DNA from: Ylistrum balloti
Lineage: Eukaryota
Direction: 5' to 3'
DNA length: 64,000 nt
Assembly (NCBI RefSeq): GCF_031769215.1
Contig: NW_026782190.1
Coordinates: 1,736,001 to 1,800,000 of the forward strand
Below, one piece after another: positions 12,218 to 24,552 of this stretch. The notes below the pieces were generated by a model. It worked only from the letters and a program-made list of their open reading frames with translations, did no database searches and was not told the DNA's origin. Made by a program: the position numbers and the translations under genes. Every line of letters begins with the position of its first letter. Position 1 is the stretch's first letter.

Positions 12218-14357
12218 GTAGAGTGGTAGAGGCCATACATAAAAACAATTTACGTAAAGCGCCAGGAATTGATAGACTGACCAATGAACATTTCAAATAT
12301 GGAGGAAGATCCCTCATCACTTACCTCGTGGAATTCTTTCATCTCATAACGAGAAGTGCGGTAATTCCTGACGTCTGGAAAAAAGGTATCATTATACCTA
12401 TATATAAAGGGAATCACAAGCCTAGATCAGATCCGGAGAGTTATCGACCTATTTCGCTCCTACCTGCTATGTACAAACTGTATGAATCCGTTATCCATAA
12501 ACGACTTAAACTATGGCTAGGTGAAAACCACCCAACGTTCCCAAATGAACAGCAACAGGGATTTCAGCAACTACTTGGGTGTCAAACAGCTTCTTTTATA
12601 CTACAAGAAACACTTAACGCGAATATTGAAAAGCACAACAAAGTATACGCCGCTTTCCTTGATATAAAGAAAGCATTTGATACCGTATGGCACGAATGAT
12701 TAATGCAAAAACTTGAAATGAAAGGAATTCATGGGAAAATGCTTACCATTATCCGGAATACGTATACCGGCCTTGAAAGTTGTGTCCTTTGCAACGGGAT
12801 CCGCTCACGTTGGGTGGACATGAAACGTGGATTGAGACAGGGAGGGATATTATCCACATTGTACTACCTTATATTTATTGACGATCTCCTGAATAACCTC
12901 TCTGAATCGAAGTTCGGTGCCCCACTGTCAACGATAAACTGTGGAAACCCCGCGCTTGCCGATGATATTACACTGCTAGCCTTGTCACCACGTTCTCTTC
13001 AGCAGCTCCTTAATATTTGTCAAAATTACTCGACTCGGTGGAAATTTGCCTTTAATTCTAACGAATCTTGCACCATGGTGTTTGGTGGCAGATTTGATGT
13101 CAACAGCTTCAGTTGGAAACTAAACGGTTCAAAGTTGGATACTAAAGAAACTCAAGAACATCTTGGAATACCGATATCTGAGGACATGACATGTTCTAGA
13201 AAGATAGAAAAAAAGTTGTAAAAAAGGGCGTGCTGCATTGTTTTCTATTCTTGGTATAAGATCAACCAATAAAATCTTGAACCCGCTTACACTAGTCAGT
13301 ATGTACAAAAAAGTTATAATGCCGTCCATCCTTTACGGATGCGAAACATGGAATACGATGAGACAATGTGACATTGATAAACTCTCACGATATCAGCATC
13401 TTGTAGCAAAAAACTTCAAGATTTCCCCACACGTACACGCTCGGACATAGCAGAAAGTATGGTAGGTCTATTTCGGATTACCGCTGAGATAGATCGACGG
13501 AAACTCCAATTTCTTTACAGACTTATTAAACTTCCCATTGACATTCTTGCCAAGAAAGTGTTTTTAACTCGATTATACTCTTACCTTCACTCAGACACCA
13601 CTTGCCAAAAAGGATTTATACCGGACATCTACTCGATACTAAAAAAGTACAATCTCTTTGATCTACTCACAAAATATATGACTACCCGAATTCACTTTCC
13701 GTCCAAAAAAGCATGGGCATTGCTTGTTAACCGTGCCATTAAGACTGTGGAAACTAGAATGTGGCGGGAAAGAATGGAAAACGACGAGCGTTTTGACCGT
13801 TTCAGTGGGGTTCATACTCAGATATATCCTTATGTATTATGGTCTGCACCAGAGACAACAGCAGACCTTGCGTGCGTTCGTTTCGTATCAAAGCTTGTTA
13901 CATACGCTCCACAAAAGGAACAACACAACTGTAGTAAGTGTGGGAAATCAATGACTGATCTCATTCAGCACTACGTTTCTGATTGTGACGTCACATATGC
14001 TGTCAGAGACTCGTTTATGACAGAAATACTGAATGTATGTGGAATACAAACATTCCTTGCCCTGGACACTCAACAAGAAGAAGGATTTGTCCGAATGTTA
14101 TTTGGTCGTCACCACCCAGATGTGGAAGAAAACAGACAATATCACATGATGGCCGCTCGATTTCTGAGAGCAGCATCGCACACCTACCTGACAGCGCAAG
14201 ACAGAATATAAAGCGCGTATCCTAACGCGATCGCGTACGCGCTATCAAAATTACAAGAGACTGAGCCAAGTTTATGGCTTTAATTGTGTAATTATCTTTT
14301 TTGCATTTTCGCATTTTTTGTATCTCTAAAAGAGGAATTAAAGAATGAATGAAAATC
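12218..14357 (+). mobile_element. 5'-truncated non-LTR retrotransposon, RTE-X-like (RT plus C-terminal CCHC-type region)
   Basis: KAPGID, YRPISLL, FLDIKKAFDTVWH, RQGGILS, LADDITLL, CSKC..D.IQH.V..C. One nonsense codon (12697-12699) and frameshifts near 13210 and 13445. 3' end GGAATTAAAGAATGAATGAA. Flanked by a 27-bp TSD. Clade assignment is from motif recall. Confidence 0.92.
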
Positions 14358-14384
14358 GAAGCTGAACCTGCTTGATGCTCGATA
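14358..14384 (+). repeat. Right target-site duplication (27 bp)
   Basis: Identical to 12191-12217. Confidence 0.95.
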
Positions 14385-14459
14385 ATTTGTCTGTTGGTTC
14401 CGTTGTTTTATACTTTGTTCTCATTTGAAAACGTGACATTACTTGCAAAAATGTACTTG

Positions 14460-14620
14460 GATTGGCCAAGGTTTACACAGAGGGTGTCGTCGATGAAGAA
14501 GAAGACGCTTACTCTTCCGGAACACCTGTTTTTACTCTCCTTGTACTATTCAGGTGTCTCTATGTAAATATTTCTTTTGTTTATATTTTGTCTTTGTTTT
14601 ATTGCTTGAATTTTAATTAT
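14460..14620. mobile_element. Interspersed repeat of probable Penelope-like origin (GACGCTTACTCTTCCGGAACACCTG family)
   Basis: Shares the GATGAAG.AGA.GACGCTTACTCTTC..ACCTG core with 56385-56530; resembles a widespread bivalve PLE-derived terminus (recall). Confidence 0.45.
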
Positions 14621-14704
14621 GATTATGTTGGTATTTTCTTCTTGTTTTTACTAAACAACGCCATTGCAGCATTAAACTACTTCGGGCAAAACCAATACAG
14701 GATG

Positions 14705-15135
14705 AAAACTATTTTTGACTAAACCACTCCATTGCATGATTAAAACTATTTTGACTAAACCACTCCATTGCATAATTAAAACTATTTTTGAGTAAACCAC
14801 TCCATTGCATGATTAAAACTATTTTTGACTAAACCACTCCATTGCATGATTAAAACTATTTTTGAGTAAACCACTCCATTGCATGATTAATGATTAAAAC
14901 TGTTTTTTTGATTAAAACCATTCTGACTAAACCACTCCATTGCATGATTAAAACTTTTTGAGTAAACCTCTCCATTGCATGATTAAAACTATTTTTGAGT
15001 AAACCACTCCATTGCATGATTAAAACCATTTTGACTAAACCACTCCATTGCATGATTAAAACTATTTTTGAGTAAACCACTCCATTGCATGATTAAAACT
15101 ATTTTTTAGTAAACTACACCATTGCAGGATTAAAC
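14705..15135. repeat. ~37-bp minisatellite, ~11-12 copies (AAAACTATTTTTGACTAAACCACTCCATTGCATGATT)
   Basis: Direct tandem periodicity. Confidence 0.95.
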
Positions 15136-15975
15136 TAAAGACCACAAACTCATTGAGAATCGATCATGTACATTTCCTTGTAATATTTGATATCTTATCC
15201 CGAACGACTGACATCAGTTTGTAGATTATTATACAGGAATATTCAAACAAGGTCCATTCACCATGTGAATAAATTATATCAGTTAAAATATGTTGTGACT
15301 GTGTAAGTCGAGATTCTTTAGATACATAATAATCATAATTTGTGTCCATAGATAACAGAACAGGAAACTGTTTTATGTATTTTTTATTGATATGATAAGT
15401 ATGTATGGAGAAGCACGGGAAACAATGGTTAAACTCTAATTGTAGCGTAACAGCAATGAAATATCAGATATAGGGCATAAGGTCAAATAATTAGATTACG
15501 AAGAAAGATCAAACGTTCCATTCCACGTCTGTTTGTTCTCCTTCTGAACTGAGAAGTGGGCTGGTCTGTAATGTTGATGTTATCCTGCAAGAACACTTTA
15601 CCCTAATTTGTCTGAATGACATATGATGGGCCTCTTGTATGTTGTTCAGTGAGGTAGTCACAAGGTGCGACAAGGAGATCTCTCCTTAAAAGAACCCTAC
15701 ATTATATAATTGATGGGTTATGTTACAAATAGGTTGTAGCGGATATAGCAATAAAATCCAGGAGGGTTAAATATAACGGATACTGAATTTTTTTATTTTT
15801 TTATTTTTTTTTTTGTTTTTTAAATATTTCCATGAAATGGACATGTATTGTACTAAAGTACTTCTTCGTTAGGGACCATATCCTATTTTGTCATCAGAAA
15901 TGGTTTACTATTGATCGACATGTTTTGCTGGATCTCGTTGTGGTTCTAGCTAACTTCGATATACAAGTTTATGCA

Positions 15976-18900
15976 CTATTCCGACTCCGGTAGGCGGTAT
16001 TGTCGGAATATGAGATTGTTGTACTCCAGCACCGACTTAACGGATTCAAAGTAAACAGAGGATCCAGCATACCAAATACCGTACTTCCCTTGCATGTCAA
16101 AGATATCCCAAGTTATTCCTGACGCTATGTCCTTAACAGAAAACTGTGGAAAGTAATCCCATACATTGGTATCCAGAATATTAACAACTTCTGCATTTTC
16201 CCTCTGACGAATATGGTCAACCAACTCCTCCAACAGATCTTCTTTCTCCGGCAATGATTTTGAGAATTGATAATATACGGATGTTTGCTCGAACCTTCCA
16301 TCAGGAGCCCCAGGAACCAATCCGTCGGTGTATTGTTTTCCCACGTTATATACTAGGCTGTTATAGGAGTCTCTTTTCCCCCACACCTTCCCGTCGACTT
16401 TGGATTCTGTATTATCAGCGAAGAAGCTTTGCGGTGTGAAACCTCTATTTGTCCCGTATGTGGTGTCTACTAGCGTTGTTGCGTAGTAATGATGGTTCAT
16501 TCTCTCGAAAAGATTCATCTCCTCGTCGTTGAAGTCGATGATATCTAAATCTGAAAGCAGTTTCATTTCCGGTGTCAATACAAGGAAGTCAAAAGGCTCT
16601 CCCTTTCTAAAGCCAGTCCGGTCATCATAGTGTATCTCGAACGCCGCACGACGCTTGCCACCCTTGCGGCGATTCTCTTTCTTCCGCCGATATATCTTTC
16701 TTACTGGAGATGAATATCGAACGTTGATATTTTCCTGGTCTACTATTTCCTTCCATAACGTTTGATAACCTTTACTTAGTATTTTGACAGCCGAGAGTTC
16801 ACCTTCTGGAGGTTTCAGGAGGTTTAGTAAAAAGTTCGAAGTCATCCATGTCAACCCATACAAAGCTGGAATTTCGTCTAAATGCCCATAGCCCTGAATT
16901 GTTTGTATCTGCAGAAAAAGGTTTGCGAGAATATCTACATTATGTTTTGTCATGAATTCTAATAATGTCATGTTAAGGTCATGCTTTAGAGTATATCTAG
17001 ACGGGCGTGGCATCAATTCCCCTTCGTAATTTCCAAACAGATCATTATGTACGTCCAAGTACCTATGTATAGCTTTCATGAACTCGTCTTTGATTTCCAA
17101 CAGGGAAGCATCGGGCAAGTGTTCAGCTGCAGGAGCAAGCATGTTCTGGATGGATGTCAGTTTATCTGTAATTATAAAGATATCATCATCGTCGGGAGAA
17201 TTTACGATAAAACAAGTGAGTGCATTTTGCCTGTAATTTTGGAAATGGAATGTCCCGCAAAATAATTTGTTTTAACAAAACCCAGTTGAGTGCAGAACAT
17301 TTGGATGTAGAAACCGTATACTGACCACAACAGATATGAAATTTGAATATAGACATTCCTATATACCCAGACGTTCCACAGTCTTAACAAAACCATATTA
17401 TTTCACCTACACATTGTTGGTCACGTGATGTTGTTATGGTAATCACTGGCTACCTATAACAAGTGTTACATTTACAACGCTCTTCTGTTATCAGCCAATC
17501 CACAGATAACATTAGAAATATATTTGTGATATGATAAATTAGTCCTTTCTTAACATTAGAAATGTATTCGTGATATAATAAAGTAGTCCTTTCTTAACAT
17601 TAGAAATATATTCATGATATGATAAATAAGTCCTTTCTGTTTCATTTATAATTACCTTGTCCTCTCCATACTGTAGGACTAGGTAAGGGACGAAGATCTC
17701 CGGCATTGTAAGTTTCAAGGAGTCTGTATAGTTCCGTGTAGTCTGGCTGGGAATAGCAGGTCCCCATTTCATGAACGACATCTCGGTACAAAAGTGTCTT
17801 CGATTTTCCGCCTACTTCTTCTTCCTTCTCAAACACAGTAACATCAGAGAATCCAGCTTCCTTAAAATGTTAACAAACCAAGGCATCATTTTACATTTAC
17901 ATCAAATCCTGAAAAGGTCAATAATGAATGAGAAGTTACTTCAACATCTGAAATTATTTTATACGTCAGATTATGTTCGGATGAATGTATTTGCAATAAC
18001 ACCTAACCACCGGGTTTATAAGTTGAAGTGATGTAAATTGCATTTTCCCCTAGCAGCGTTTAACTTTTACCAAACTTCAGCACTACTACAATAAAAGTAT
18101 ATTAATATCAGAGAACATACATTCACGTTTGGTTAATTCATTTCGACACGGAACGGTTTTTGCAGCAGCGCCTATGATTACTTGGTGAAAATCTTTAAAC
18201 GACAGTTCATGAAGTACTCGCTATATACAACACAATAAAATTTCACATGAAAATGTAATATACGTAAGAGTGTCTATTAAATCTTCGTTAAACATGGGCA
18301 ATTAAAGATTTAAAGATGGTAAAAATGAATTTCCTTGCTATTTTAGCACATAACATGAAGTAGAAATAGTTCCTTCATCAAAAAGTGCATTGTGACGTAT
18401 CAAGGGATGGTGTTGTTCCTACTAGCTAGTTCTGCTACTAGTTCAAAGGTTACTATTCAACTAGCTGTTGTCAAGAGGAAAGATTAATCCCAATGGAATA
18501 TATCTGAGTGTATATATAGCTAAAGAACCTTTCATTTTAGTTATTATTATTTTCAGTCATAAATGACTGATAAGATATTAGCAAAAAAATGATGTAAATA
18601 GAATTTTCGAAAATTTGTTTAATCTCTGACGTCAAAGTCTGTTCCCCATTATACACCATAAACTACAGGTAGTCACTAGAGACCTCACAGTCAAATAATA
18701 CAGGTGTACGTATTTTAAGTTTCAAGGTGTCTTGCTAACATCAGTAAATTATAAATAGTCCAAAACCTCATTGAAACGACCCATTTCTTGATCAATGTTG
18801 ACATGTGTATGTTTTGTACAATCTTTAAGTGGTAGACACAACCGGATCCCCGAGGTTTATCATAACAAGAATATAAGTACTTATACTGATAGGTTAAAGG

Positions 18901-21900
18901 CTTAAGATGTCATTTTGTGAACAGACTATATTTTGTGGTGAGTAGTTGATGTGTTGATTCAGGTAATAATTTTTACGATTTCAATACGCTTCAGTTGTCA
19001 AGTAATTTTCGTGAGTATAACTTTAACATGAATAATGTTAATCATGACACGGATGATAACATTTCTTCATTTTTAGAAAACACGATAAATATTCAGCTGA
19101 TCATTCATTTTACGCATTAAAGATATTCCCCAATATTTCTCTACCGAAGTTGAAAGGTTTTTTTTAAAAGGATCTGTTTCTTGATTTTAGTTTGTTTACC
19201 TGACATCTTTATTAAAAACACCTAAAATTGATATACTAGATCGTGATGAATGGGCTTATTCACACGCCTGATGGATGCGAAGTGGCCTTAAAGAAATGTT
19301 TGATCAGTCGATAGTTGAGTGCACATTATCCATTATGGTAGTTTAAAGATAAATAAATTGATGTGAAGTTAGCCTTCTACAATTCCCACCAGTACCCTTG
19401 TGGAACGGATTATGCGTCCATGATGTACCTTAAGTTTCAGTGCCATGTGCACACCAGACGGCCCCGCCCCAACAATGGCGATCCTGTCCGTGAAACTCTC
19501 TGGACCTTTAATATAAGGAAATCCTGATGTCGAACTCCCTAAATAATCCTCCTCCTCCTCCTCTGATGATGATGATGATGATGATGACAAAGAATCATTA
19601 TGATGGCTTCTTTTTTCCAATATTTGATCCAGTTCGCCTGTCAATATATGTATATACTAGAATTATGACACCATTAAAACACACAATAGTTAACTAACTA
19701 CAGACACCTAATCACACAACTAATGACAACATGTTATCTCATAATAGTTCACTAATTATTGTCAGCATGTTTACATACAATAAATTACTAACCTCTGACA
19801 CCATTACAACACTAAACAGTTCACTAACTAAAGACACCTCCTCACACATTAGTTACTTTAACTTCTAACACCATTACACCGAACAACATTTAACTAACTT
19901 CTGACACCATCAAACCACACAACAGTTAACTAACTACTGACACCATGTTATCACACAACAGTTAATTAACTTGTGACACCATTACAATACACAAAAATTC
20001 ACGAACTACAGACACCATATTATCACACAACATTTAATTAACCTGTGACACCATTACAATACACAAAAGTTCACTAACTACACACACCATGTTATCACAC
20101 AACAATTAATTAATTTGTGACACCATTACAATACACAAAAGTTCACTAACTACAGACACCATGTTATCACACAACAGTTAATTAACTTGTGACACCATTA
20201 CAATACACAAAAGTTCACTAACTACAGACACCATGTTATCACACAACAGTTAACTAGTAACACCATTACAATACACAAAAGTTCACTAACTACAGACAAC
20301 ATGTAATCACACAACTGTTAATTAACTTGTGACACCATAACAATACACAAAAGTTCACTAACTACAGACAACATGATATCACACAACAGTTAATTAACTT
20401 GTGACACCATTACAATACACAAAAGTTAACTAACTACAGACACCATGTTATCACACAACAGTTAACTCACACAACAGTTAATTAAACACCATTACAATAC
20501 ACAAAAGTTCACTAACTACAGATATCACACAACATGTAATCACACAACTGTTAATTAACTTGTGACACCATAACAATACACAAAAGTTCACTAACTACAC
20601 AAAACAGACAACATGATATCACACAACAGTTAATTAACTTGTGACACCATTACAATACACAAAAGTTAACTAACTACAGACACCATGTTATCACACAACA
20701 GTTAACTTGTAACGCCATTACAATACACAAAAGTTCACTAACTACAGACAACATGTAATCACACAACAGTTAATTAACTTGTGACACCATTACAATACAC
20801 AAAAGTTCACTAACTACAGACAACATGATATCACACAACTGTTAATTAACTTGTGACACCATTACAATACACAAAAGTTCACTAACTACAGACACCATGT
20901 TATCACACAACAGTTAATTAACTTGTGACACCATTACAATACACAAATGTTCACTAACTACAGACACCATGTTATCACACAACAGTTAATTGACTTGTGA
21001 CACCATTACAATACACAAAAGTTCAGTAACTACAGACACCATGTTATCACACAACAGTTAATTAACTTGTGACACCATTACAATACAGAATAGTAATTAC
21101 TTATATCTTGTTAACGTTCAAACGCATTGGTTTACTAACGTCTGGTGCTGTTTCATCACCAGAAATTACGAAAAATAATTATAAACTTACGTTCCAATAT
21201 TTCCAGGAAGTCTTCGTTTAAAACCGGCAGCATGCTTACAACCTAAACAAAAAAAGAGGGTTGTACTATACAATCATATCCTATCTAAAATACTACTGGT
21301 CATAAAGAAACTACGTGACCAAATTTGGTCTGAAGCATCTTTGTGGAAGAAAGGGAAATGAAGTAAGTTCTTTCAAATTCTTCTTCTGTAGGAATGATTA
21401 ACTTTGTCCGAAATTGGTCTGAAGGATTCATGCGTGATAGGGGCCCCCGTAGGACCAGAAGATCGGAGAACGATAGAGTTACTTTCAACTGTTGAGTGAG
21501 GTGTCCGAGCGGGGAATGAGAGTGTACTCACTTTAAAATCCTGCTGAGTGGGGAGTCCGCTCGGGGAACGATAGGGTTACTTTAAACTGTTGAGTGAGGT
21601 GTCCTTAAACTGTTGAGTGAGGTGTCCGAGTGGGGAACGATAGGGTAATTACTTTAAACTCCAGCTGGGTGGGAGGTCCGAGCGGGGAATGATAGAGTAA
21701 TCACTTTAAACTGTTGAGTGAGGTGTCCGAGCGGGGAATGAGAATCCTGCTGGGTGGGATGTCCGCTCGGGGGACGATAGTGTAATCACTTTTAACTGTT
21801 GGGTCGGGTATCCGAGCGGGGAACGATAGGTTAATCACATTAAAATCCCGCTGGGTGGGGTTCACGAGCGGGGAACGATAGTGCAAAAACTTTAAACTCC

Positions 21901-22880
21901 TGCTGGGTGGGGTGTTAGATTGAGTTACTAGTACTTCAAATTACTTCAGCATTATGCCCTATAAATCTTTTAACTAAAGTAATGATAAAGAGTTTTAGCG
22001 CTCAATGATGATATTTTTTTGCTTGAAAACGCTATAATGCACTTTAAAGTCTCCTATATTGCTTGTTTTATGACAACATAGAGAATATTGAATGATCGCC
22101 CGTTTGATATCATATTTTTCACAAGTGAAGTATTTGATTTTAAGGAAAATCGTCTTTTTACATTTTGAAGGGAAAACAATTGAGAAAAGCCGATTCAAAC
22201 AAAATTCTGCTTTTTTTTAAAAGTCCAGTAATTATTATCGCGCTCTCTGATGGCAGATAATTTGACGTTACGCTTGACAACAAGACATCGCCATTTTGAG
22301 TAAGCTGCTTTACGTTTTACTTTACCATTTTTCGCTGTTATCTGAATCGCTTAAAAAACTATTTTATATACCAAATGAGAGAATAACAGAAATATACAAC
22401 GTAAATGTTGGATATGCATTGGTGTCATTACAGGAAAATCGGCAGGCGAATTTCAATGCAGTGATTAGAAAGCATTGCTCTGGTTGTCAAAACAACAAAA
22501 CTTATATTATCATTTGAAAAGTTAATATAATGATATTATATTTATCATATCATCACTGCAGTGATGCTGTAAGTGTTTAGCAAGTTGATCAATAGAGATT
22601 ATGTAATGGTTTCCAGTTTAATATAATTAATATTCAACGAGTATGAAGGAATATCTATTTCTCGAAAGTATTAAGAACGAATGAATATATTCATATTCAG
22701 TAGTGATGCTATAAGTTTGTATCTCATTTGTAAATTTCTATATTTCAAAAGCAGAATATAATAAACGATACATTTATTATACAATAAAGCTAATGATGCG
22801 TGAATGAATGGAATACTTTGTTTACCTACCTGAAAACACCCTATCAGAATAGAAAGTAGCACTACCGCAGTACGCTTCAT
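15976..22880 (-). CDS. Secreted FAD-dependent oxidoreductase, polyunsaturated/polyenoic fatty-acid isomerase (PAI/PFI)-like, 552 aa; exons 22880-22826, 19637-19429, 17860-17656, 17165-15976
   Basis: All introns GT-AG with matching phases (1,0,1); 1659 nt open. Signal peptide MKRTAVVLLSILIGCFQVG; Rossmann motif RIAIVGAGPSG; EAGFSDVTVFEKEEEVGGKS; HEMG; QGYGHLDEIPALY; WDYFPQFS; MQGKYGIWYAG. Confidence 0.9.
17509..17640. repeat. 44-bp triplication next to the exon 3 donor
   Basis: ACATTAGAAA.. at 17509, 17553 and 17597. Confidence 0.9.
19660..21090. repeat. 72-bp dimeric (2 x 36 bp) minisatellite in intron 1, with degenerate monomeric left edge
   Basis: GACACCATTACAATACACAAAAGTTCACTAACTACA + GACACCATGTTATCACACAACAGTTAATTAACTTGT; period 72 (20119 to 20191). 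Confidence 0.95.
21470..21915. repeat. GC-rich ~49-52-bp minisatellite, copy A
   Basis: ACTTTAAACTGTT..GTCCGAGCGGGGAACGATAG.. units. Confidence 0.9.
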
Positions 22881-22997
22881 GCTGCTTATTCAATATACGT
22901 GTGTATTACATGGAGCGCGCCACAGCTCAATTCAGGTGAGAAATGCGATCAATTTGGCCTTAATACCTTATCTTTCCGATGTAATATACAAAATGTG

Positions 22998-23035
22998 ATT
23001 GGCTGACAGTTTCTATAATTTCTATGGTGATGTAA
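22998..23035 (-). promoter_or_regulatory. Proximal promoter elements of exon 1A: CCAAT box (22998-23002) and TGATGTAA
   Basis: Motif match ~120-150 nt upstream of the ATG; positionally conserved in copy B. Confidence 0.35.
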
Positions 23036-24394
23036 TATTCACCGCAGGTTCACTGTATTAAAAATTTATGAGAGAAAATATCGCCCATCTAGATTTCATA
23101 TCAGTCTGATAACGCGCTTCTTACAAGTGTTTTCAAAACCGGATCTAAGTCTGGTGATAAACACAATCATATTTACGTTTTCATTACATGTAAAGTACAT
23201 GAAACCAAACCTCGCATTATCCACAGCAACATAATATATACTAACGAGGAATGACAATTTATGTAGAGAAATATCTGCCATTGATTATACTGATGTGAAT
23301 GTATATACCAAAATATATTCACAAAAGTTTCCATGTCAATCTGGAGATACAAGCATGCATGAATATATCATCTTCATAGTCGAAATATCTGACTGTATTA
23401 CACTGCATATAGAGATAATTATATAAGGTAAAGTGATGAACGAATGGTTCATCAATTAACAGGAAATTTAGATATGAATATATGTACCCTTAGATGTATA
23501 ATTGTTACTGAATTGCAGATAGAGAAAATCTATTTTCAAATGTTGATTTAAGATTGTTATATATGTGAGTTTATTTATAAGTAAATACCAAATTTAATGC
23601 TGGAAACTCTACATCTTAATATAAAGAACACGAAATCTAGTCTTTTCAGATCAATTTTCTAAAAGATATTAATGTAGATATGTGTAGATGGAAACCAGTA
23701 TACGCTTCGTAACTGGGCTCATTTCATTGTGTTCTTATGCATATATTTATCAAATGTGGAGATAAATACTTTTTTCATATCTACACTAACACACAATATG
23801 TTTGAGTAATATTTCGGAACATTCTCTTCAGGTTGGTAATGTCAATAAAATAGAAGTTCTTTCTGCACAACCAGTATCAGATTAAAGTGTAATGTTTTGA
23901 TGACTTCACGGCCACCTTCATGACCAAATGACCAGTGTGGAACGTACTAGCAATAACGTAAGAAGTGCACGAGATTGCCAGGAATCGACCAATATTTTCA
24001 ATTGCACTATAAACCCATGTAAATAGGTCGAAAAAATTGTGGTCTATGATCTGTATACCATCTCGTCACACTGTTTGCGACTTTAGTGTACATATGGTTG
24101 TGCCATACGAACTTATATTCTATATGTTTGTGGAATGACAGGACAAAGCAGATATTAGCGTTTGCATACAAGAACAAAACATCATGGGCATTAGTAAACA
24201 ACAGTGTTAATAATACGTGAAATTACAAATACAACCATGTTTAAAAAACTCTGACAAAATCCAAAGGTTACAACACTACACTTTGCCATTGGCATAGCAT
24301 GAAACACACGATACAATGTCAGGACACTGAGCGAAAAATCCAACACAGGATATTCAAACACATTGGGGTAAAAACAAGACGTCTGCAAACCAGG

Positions 24395-24550
24395 ACAAAT
24401 CCCAACACAGCATCAACAAACAGGAATTAAACCCCAACACAGCATCAACACAAATGAATTAAACCCCGACACAGCATCAACACACAGGAATTAAGCCTCA
24501 ACACAACATCAAAACAAAGGAATTAAACCCCAACACAGTATCAACAGACA
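24395..24550. repeat. 32-bp AC-rich minisatellite, ~5 copies
   Basis: CCCCAACACAGCATCAACACACAGGAATTAAA variants. Confidence 0.9.
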
Positions 24551-24552
24551 GA

